Of a DNA stretch of 12,135 bases, positions 8,092 through 12,135 are shown in pieces. Under the pieces are notes generated by a model. That model made no database searches and was not told the origin of the DNA. It saw only the letters and a program-made list of their open reading frames with translations. This DNA comes from Pseudomonadota bacterium (GTDB lineage: Bacteria; UBA10199; 2-02-FULL-44-16; JBDRGF01), in NCBI GenBank assembly GCA_043818055.1, contig JBDRGF010000065.1:1-12135 (forward strand). The letters run 5' to 3'. Numbering within the stretch: the first letter of the stretch is position 1; each line of letters begins with the position of its first letter. The position numbers and the translations under genes were made by a program.

Positions 8092-8996
8092 AGAGGCTGT
8101 TTGGCTTCTGCAATAATTTGTTTTGGCTTGCTGCGGATCAGATGCACGCCGTAGAGTATCACGGCTGCTCCGAGTATCGCGTGCGAGCCGACCCAGTTAT
8201 CGAATATGAAGAAATCGAGCAGAACTCCAACGATAGGGATTGTATAGGTCACGGAGGATGCAGTGACGGAGCCTGTTTCGCGGATGAGTCTGTAGAAGAT
8301 GATCTGCGAGATGAATGTGGAGAATACGCCGAGATAAACTATGGCCATGAGGGATTTTGGGGAAAAGCTCATTGTCATTATGCTATTCCACTCGAAGATG
8401 ATTGCGAGCGGAATCACGCAGATCAGGGCGCCTATCCCCTCCACGAACATTATGACGAATGCCGAAATCTTGTGCGATAGCGGCTTTAGCCATGCAATGC
8501 CGATGCCGTAGAAGAGCGCCATTCCAACTATTGATAGCATCCCCAGAATGTTATTGTTTTCGCCAGTCGAAACCTGCGGGGCGAATATGATTCCCACTCC
8601 TACGAATCCGACCATAACGCCGAGCCAGCTCTTCCAGCCGATCTTGTCGCTCGGATACAAAAATGGCGCTATGATGATTGTGAAAATAGGCGTTGTAGCG
8701 TTTATGATCGATGCTAGCCCCGCATTAACATACTGCTCCCCCCAGAAGAGGAGCGCCCACGGGAGTCCCAGCGTAAAAAAACCTAACAGCAAAAGCTGGA
8801 TGTAGACATTCTTTTTCTTCGGCCATTTGATTTTGCGAAATGAGAGCATAACGCCGACAAGAAGGACAGATATTGCGAGCCGGATAGTGACGCACAAAAA
8901 TGGGGGCATTTCCGCGATGCCGATCTTTATCGCGGCGAATGATCCTCCCCAGAAGATGGAAAGTATTGCAAAAAAAATGATGTGTTTTAGGTTCAT
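8088..8996 (-). CDS. EamA/DMT family transporter
   Basis: 302 aa, about 10 hydrophobic helices in two EamA repeats; IFWGGSFAAIK, FWGEQYVNAGLASIINATTPIF and YLGVFST..IFYRLI..G..ASSVTYTIP; ATGA overlaps with menA (8993-8996) and birA (8088-8091). Confidence 0.94.
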   Translation of the reverse strand: MNLKHIIFFAILSIFWGGSFAAIKIGIAEMPPFLCVTIRLAISVLLVGVMLSFRKIKWPKKKNVYIQLLLLGFFTLGLPWALLFWGEQYVNAGLASIINATTPIFTIIIAPFLYPSDKIGWKSWLGVMVGFVGVGIIFAPQVSTGENNNILGMLSIVGMALFYGIGIAWLKPLSHKISAFVIMFVEGIGALICVIPLAIIFEWNSIMTMSFSPKSLMAIVYLGVFSTFISQIIFYRLIRETGSVTASSVTYTIPIVGVLLDFFIFDNWVGSHAILGAAVILYGVHLIRSKPKQIIAEAKQPL

Positions 8997-9931
8997 AAAA
9001 TTACAGAAACAATCAGCAGTGCTTCACTCAAAGAGCCCATCTGAACTATTTTATTCAGGAAGGCAAGCGAATCTTTGATCTGTTCGTCACCTTTGAGTTT
9101 TCTCTGAGCGACGAGGAGGATGGGAAGTGTTATGAGAGAGATCAGTGAGAATTTTGGATATGCCCCGGTCATGACATTGGCTGCTATCATTATATATGTC
9201 GCAATCAGGATCATGCTTCCAACCATCCTTCCATTCTTTTTTCCGAGCACCACTACGGGAGAGTTCTTGCCGTGTGCTCTATCCGCTTCGACGTGAGAGA
9301 AGTGGTGATTGTAGAGGACGAGTGTGGCAAATAGACCAAATGGTATCGACGCCAGGAGTAATTTTAAATTTAGCGAATGTGCCTGCACATAGAAACTTCC
9401 CATCACAGGGAGAAAGCCGAAGGATATAAGGATTGCAATCTCCCCTATCCCCCTTCCGATGTAACCGTATTTTACAGGCGGGGCGCAGTAGAAGAATGCG
9501 AGCATCAGGCCTGTCAGCGCGAAGAGCGCGATCACCCACCCGTTTAGAATGAAAAGGATGCCTCCACACATTCCCGCGATCGATAAAAAGATGAGAGCCG
9601 CCCGCTTCGCCTCATCGAGCGAGAGTTTTCCGCTGGTGAGGATTTCAGACCCGCACACAGATGAACCGCGATTTTCAGGAATCTTTTCATACGCAAATCG
9701 ATCGACGCCGCTCTTAAAATCGAAGATGTCGTTTAAGGTGTTTGCGCTCAAGTGTGCGAAAAATACGCCGACGATAGTTATTATGAACGAAAAGGTTTTA
9801 AACGGAAATCCAAGCGAGTGAGCATACAGTGCGCCAAAGATGGCAGGCAATATCATGATCGGAAAGTAATGCCAGCGAGCAAGTTTGAAATAGAGTAACA
9901 ATTTCATATAATAGATTTTTTGAAGGCGCAT
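8993..9931 (-). CDS. menA: UbiA-superfamily prenyltransferase, MenA-like (1,4-dihydroxy-2-naphthoate prenyltransferase)
   Basis: ANTLNDIFDFKSGVD first Asp-rich motif, YCAPPVKYGY..GIGE, D..HGKNSPVVVLG, multiple TM helices. The start is uncertain (9931 or 9907; neither has a clear RBS). The substrate is inferred. Confidence 0.8.
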   Translation of the reverse strand: MRLQKIYYMKLLLYFKLARWHYFPIMILPAIFGALYAHSLGFPFKTFSFIITIVGVFFAHLSANTLNDIFDFKSGVDRFAYEKIPENRGSSVCGSEILTSGKLSLDEAKRAALIFLSIAGMCGGILFILNGWVIALFALTGLMLAFFYCAPPVKYGYIGRGIGEIAILISFGFLPVMGSFYVQAHSLNLKLLLASIPFGLFATLVLYNHHFSHVEADRAHGKNSPVVVLGKKNGRMVGSMILIATYIMIAANVMTGAYPKFSLISLITLPILLVAQRKLKGDEQIKDSLAFLNKIVQMGSLSEALLIVSVIL

Positions 9932-10002
9932 GTAGCATGTAAACGTGAAGCTTATAAAAAGTTGTTTTTACGTTTCACGCTTCACAGGCGGACGCTTCAC
10001 GT
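9930..10002. repeat. Degenerate heptamer repeats in inverted arrangement
   Basis: Right arm TTTTACG/TTTCACG/CTTCACA (9966-9986) and CTTCACG (9995-10001); left arm CGTGAAG (9944-9950). ACGTGAAGC (9943-9951) is the exact reverse complement of 9994-10002. Inner hairpin TAAAAA-gttg-TTTTTA at 9955-9970. Confidence 0.6.
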
Positions 10003-10003
10003 C

Positions 10004-11683
10004 CTAAAAATCCACAACAACAGTCCCTCTGAACATCCACGCTATATTGGCCTTGTCCTTGGGAACCGGCTTGACGATTGAATTGACGTCGATGAGTCCA
10101 ACGTCGATGTTATATGCCCTGCCCGGTATCATGATGCCGCCGTCGATTGCCGTGTAGAGATGTTCGAAGAACCTCGCTTCAACGGAAAGGTCGACCTCAA
10201 GTCCGTACCAGCGCTGTAACATGGTCGATGCGTTTTCGGAGAGGATGGGTAGATTGGGAACCGTCGTAATAAGATCGGAAAAATTTATGTTTATATTTTT
10301 CTTCGGCGCCCAGGCAGTGGTGATCTTTCCGCCGATCTTGAATTCGTTCATGTCTGTGATGTACTGCTCGAGGTCGAAGGAGTGTTTATATCCGGCCGAT
10401 ACGTAAAGCGCGTTGTTTATATAATTCCCTGTCATCCACTGTCCGCCCGAGAGTCTCGCACCGCTCGTCGAATCGTAGAGCGTCGGCGATGTCCCCATCG
10501 GCTGATTGAACATCATGAGGGCGACCTGATAATCAGGTCTGAATCCCAATTGTGTTATGCGCGATGAAAGCGGTTTTTGATCTCCCGGTGCGTAGCCGGT
10601 CTGGAATACCCACTCCCCGCCGAAGTCGTGCTTTCCCTCTGCCTGAAATGCCCCCATGAATACCCGCACAGGCTGTTTCTGTGGAAGCTGGATTATGCCT
10701 GTGCCAGCGGCAACTCCCTGAAATGGAATTTCATCGAGGGCAATGCCGGTCGTGATGTTTCCGCCGACATAGACACCTTCGAGTTGGAACTTGAAATTCT
10801 CATAAACATATTTTGCGTAGAGGTCGAAGAAGTAGAGGAAGGTGTCGCCATCGATACCGGCCGCGACTGTGTTTCCGTTTCTGTCTGTCACCGTTGTCGT
10901 CGTTGCGCCATTCTGTCCATTCCTCCTTCTTATACCGCCGAGGAGGTCGATGGATATATCATCCCTCTCAAGCATGAATAGGGCCGAGTATTGCTGCGTG
11001 TCTCTTGAGTTCGCGGCGATATTTCGTACGCGATCGTAATATGTCTGTGTGCGAAGATCGGATTGTGCCTCGAACGGTATGCCCCACAGAAGTCCTGCTG
11101 AGAGCGTACCGAGCTTGAGAGTTTCAAACTGGGCGATGTACATGATACCATCCGCTGTGTCGCCGAAGTCGCCCTGCATCTCATTTCCATCATTTAAAAA
11201 TATTCCAAGCCCCCAGTTGAGCGGCTGTCGTCCTAATCTAAATTTGCCGATCGGTGTCAGGATGTCAGCCCAGACCCTTCTCACATTGATCGAACCGTTC
11301 TCTCCCGCCTGTCCACCGACCATGCTGAACGATCCCGCCCCCGGCGGCATGACGAGCGTGCCGACTGCTGGAGATAGAATATTGAGTTCGTCGGTATTGC
11401 TGGTCCCGTAGAGAATGTTGTCGAGAATGTCGAATTGCGTGTGAATCGAGAGGTTGTCGTTTAATTTGAGTGTCGGATTGAGGCGCAGACGCATCTGATT
11501 GTATGACATAAATCCGAAGCTATCGTTGGAATCAGCAATATTCCTGTTCGGTTTTTGCAGATCCATGTCCTGATCCGCTACGATCCTGTTTCTGAAATAG
11601 CCGTGAGTCGAGAAATCAAAGGCAAAGAGCGTATTACAGGAAAACAGGACAAGCAGGATGATCGTCAGTTTAATATATTTCAT
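10004..11683 (-). CDS. Outer-membrane beta-barrel protein resembling the TIGR04551 family
   Basis: Likely start at 11683 (or 11686) after AAGGGGA RBS, giving signal peptide MKYIKLTIILLVLFSCNTLFA|F. Motifs HGYFRNR, MRLRLNPTL.LNDNLSIHTQFDILDN and INVRRVWADILTPIGKFRLGRQPLNWGLG..NDG....DFGDTAD; amphipathic strands; C-terminal Phe (..TVVVDF). Family assignment is from recalled motifs, not a search. Confidence 0.8.
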   Translation of the reverse strand: MKYIKLTIILLVLFSCNTLFAFDFSTHGYFRNRIVADQDMDLQKPNRNIADSNDSFGFMSYNQMRLRLNPTLKLNDNLSIHTQFDILDNILYGTSNTDELNILSPAVGTLVMPPGAGSFSMVGGQAGENGSINVRRVWADILTPIGKFRLGRQPLNWGLGIFLNDGNEMQGDFGDTADGIMYIAQFETLKLGTLSAGLLWGIPFEAQSDLRTQTYYDRVRNIAANSRDTQQYSALFMLERDDISIDLLGGIRRRNGQNGATTTTVTDRNGNTVAAGIDGDTFLYFFDLYAKYVYENFKFQLEGVYVGGNITTGIALDEIPFQGVAAGTGIIQLPQKQPVRVFMGAFQAEGKHDFGGEWVFQTGYAPGDQKPLSSRITQLGFRPDYQVALMMFNQPMGTSPTLYDSTSGARLSGGQWMTGNYINNALYVSAGYKHSFDLEQYITDMNEFKIGGKITTAWAPKKNININFSDLITTVPNLPILSENASTMLQRWYGLEVDLSVEARFFEHLYTAIDGGIMIPGRAYNIDVGLIDVNSIVKPVPKDKANIAWMFRGTVVVDF

Positions 11684-11703
11684 CATTATCCCCTTATAAT
11701 AAT

Positions 11704-11732
11704 GTAGGGGCGGTTCGCGAACCGCCCAATAC
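11704..11732 (+). repeat. GTAG-family REP (repetitive extragenic palindrome)
   Basis: GTAG tetranucleotide (11704-11707) directly followed by the perfect 20-bp palindrome GGGCGGTTCGCGAACCGCCC (11708-11727), then aaTAC. This is the canonical GTAG-REP layout. Confidence 0.8.
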
Positions 11733-11745
11733 CAGCGACTCTCTT

Positions 11746-11785
11746 TATAATATATAGAGCCAGAATAGACAACATCATTGTTGAC
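11746..11785 (-). promoter_or_regulatory. Weak candidate promoter and operator for the beta-barrel gene
   Basis: Minus strand TTGTCT (11772-11767)-N17-TATAAA; the imperfect palindrome GACAACA-TCAT-TGTTGAC (11768-11785) overlaps the -35 box. Confidence 0.25.
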
Positions 11786-11811
11786 CTCTTCCACCCCGCA
11801 GGTGGAATGGC

Positions 11812-12135
11812 CTACAGGTTATTTTTCCACGAGAGAAAAAAGGTGTGAAGGCGGTTTTGCTTGGCCGCGCATTGGCTGTTCTGCAGTTTGAGTTTTAGGA
11901 TATCCGAGAGCTCCCTATATAATGAAGGGGAGGGATTCATAGGCATCTTCAAAAAGGTCTCTGTTGCAAGCTCGTTGAGATCGCTGATGGAACCGAGCTT
12001 CGGCGAGAGGACGAAATATTTCAGGATTTTGAACCTCGTCCTCTGGGAGCAGTTTTTGGCGAGCGTTAAGAGCATCCCTGTTGCAAGTTCAGGTTTATGA
12101 CAGGCAAGCTCGATGAAGCACTTGAGCATCCCCTC
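11812..12135 (-). CDS. Hypothetical, probably alpha-helical protein; 3' portion only
   Basis: The frame is open to the right edge (GAG GGG ATG...), so the track's ATG at 12129 is probably internal. Leu/Lys-rich amphipathic pattern, same strand as neighbours, stop followed by a 7-bp hairpin (11789-11807). No recognisable family. Confidence 0.6.
   Translation of the reverse strand, partial: EGMLKCFIELACHKPELATGMLLTLAKNCSQRTRFKILKYFVLSPKLGSISDLNELATETFLKMPMNPSPSLYRELSDILKLKLQNSQCAAKQNRLHTFFLSWKNNL

Noticed and set aside
9437..9456. Minus-strand AAGGGGGATAGGGGAGATT resembling the tail of the birA-type element
   Set aside because: There is no complementary arm, and it encodes the conserved MenA G.GE motif (GRGIGEI).
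9938..9972. TGTAAAC...TTTAC resembling a BirA operator
   Set aside because: The spacing exceeds the roughly 14-16 nt of BirA boxes, the right half is poor, the heptamer repeats explain the sequence, and this BirA has no DNA-binding domain.
11684..11794. ORF-track N-terminal extension of the barrel protein (GTG start at 11794)
   Set aside because: It reads through the REP (YWAVREPPLHY) and the candidate promoter, and would bury the signal peptide. The ATG at 11683/11686 has an RBS.
11789..11807. Hairpin as an intrinsic terminator for the right-edge gene
   Set aside because: It has a 7-bp stem but no U-tract on the minus strand, so it is not called as a terminator.
1..12135. CRISPR array, tRNA/rRNA, IS transposase, prophage or defence genes, frameshifted pseudogenes
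   Set aside because: No regularly spaced repeats or such motifs were seen, intergenic gaps are short, and all recognised genes read through intact.

Overview
Bacterial chromosomal segment of about 45% GC, almost entirely coding on the minus strand. The protein families suggest a deltaproteobacterial-type host (Myxococcota/Bdellovibrionota-like); this is an inference. In transcription order on the minus strand: the 3' end of a helical hypothetical gene; a TIGR04551-like outer-membrane beta-barrel; then a tightly coupled run menA-like prenyltransferase > EamA/DMT transporter > birA > oadG > oadA > oadB (Na+-pumping oxaloacetate decarboxylase). A small plus-strand RNHCP zinc-binding gene converges on oadB and diverges from a tolC > AcrB-family RND pair. 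The RND gene is missing from the ORF track and runs off the left edge. No tRNA, rRNA, CRISPR array, transposase or phage gene was seen, and I cannot support a large new multi-gene system. The most unusual signals are small. A GC-rich palindromic element appears inserted in frame in birA, with a possible degenerate relative in the oadA linker. A GTAG-type REP and an inverted heptamer repeat patch bracket the beta-barrel gene. A DMT gene coupled to birA-oad is a candidate biotin importer. OadB carries a signal-peptide-like extension, and the MenA has a His-type second motif.
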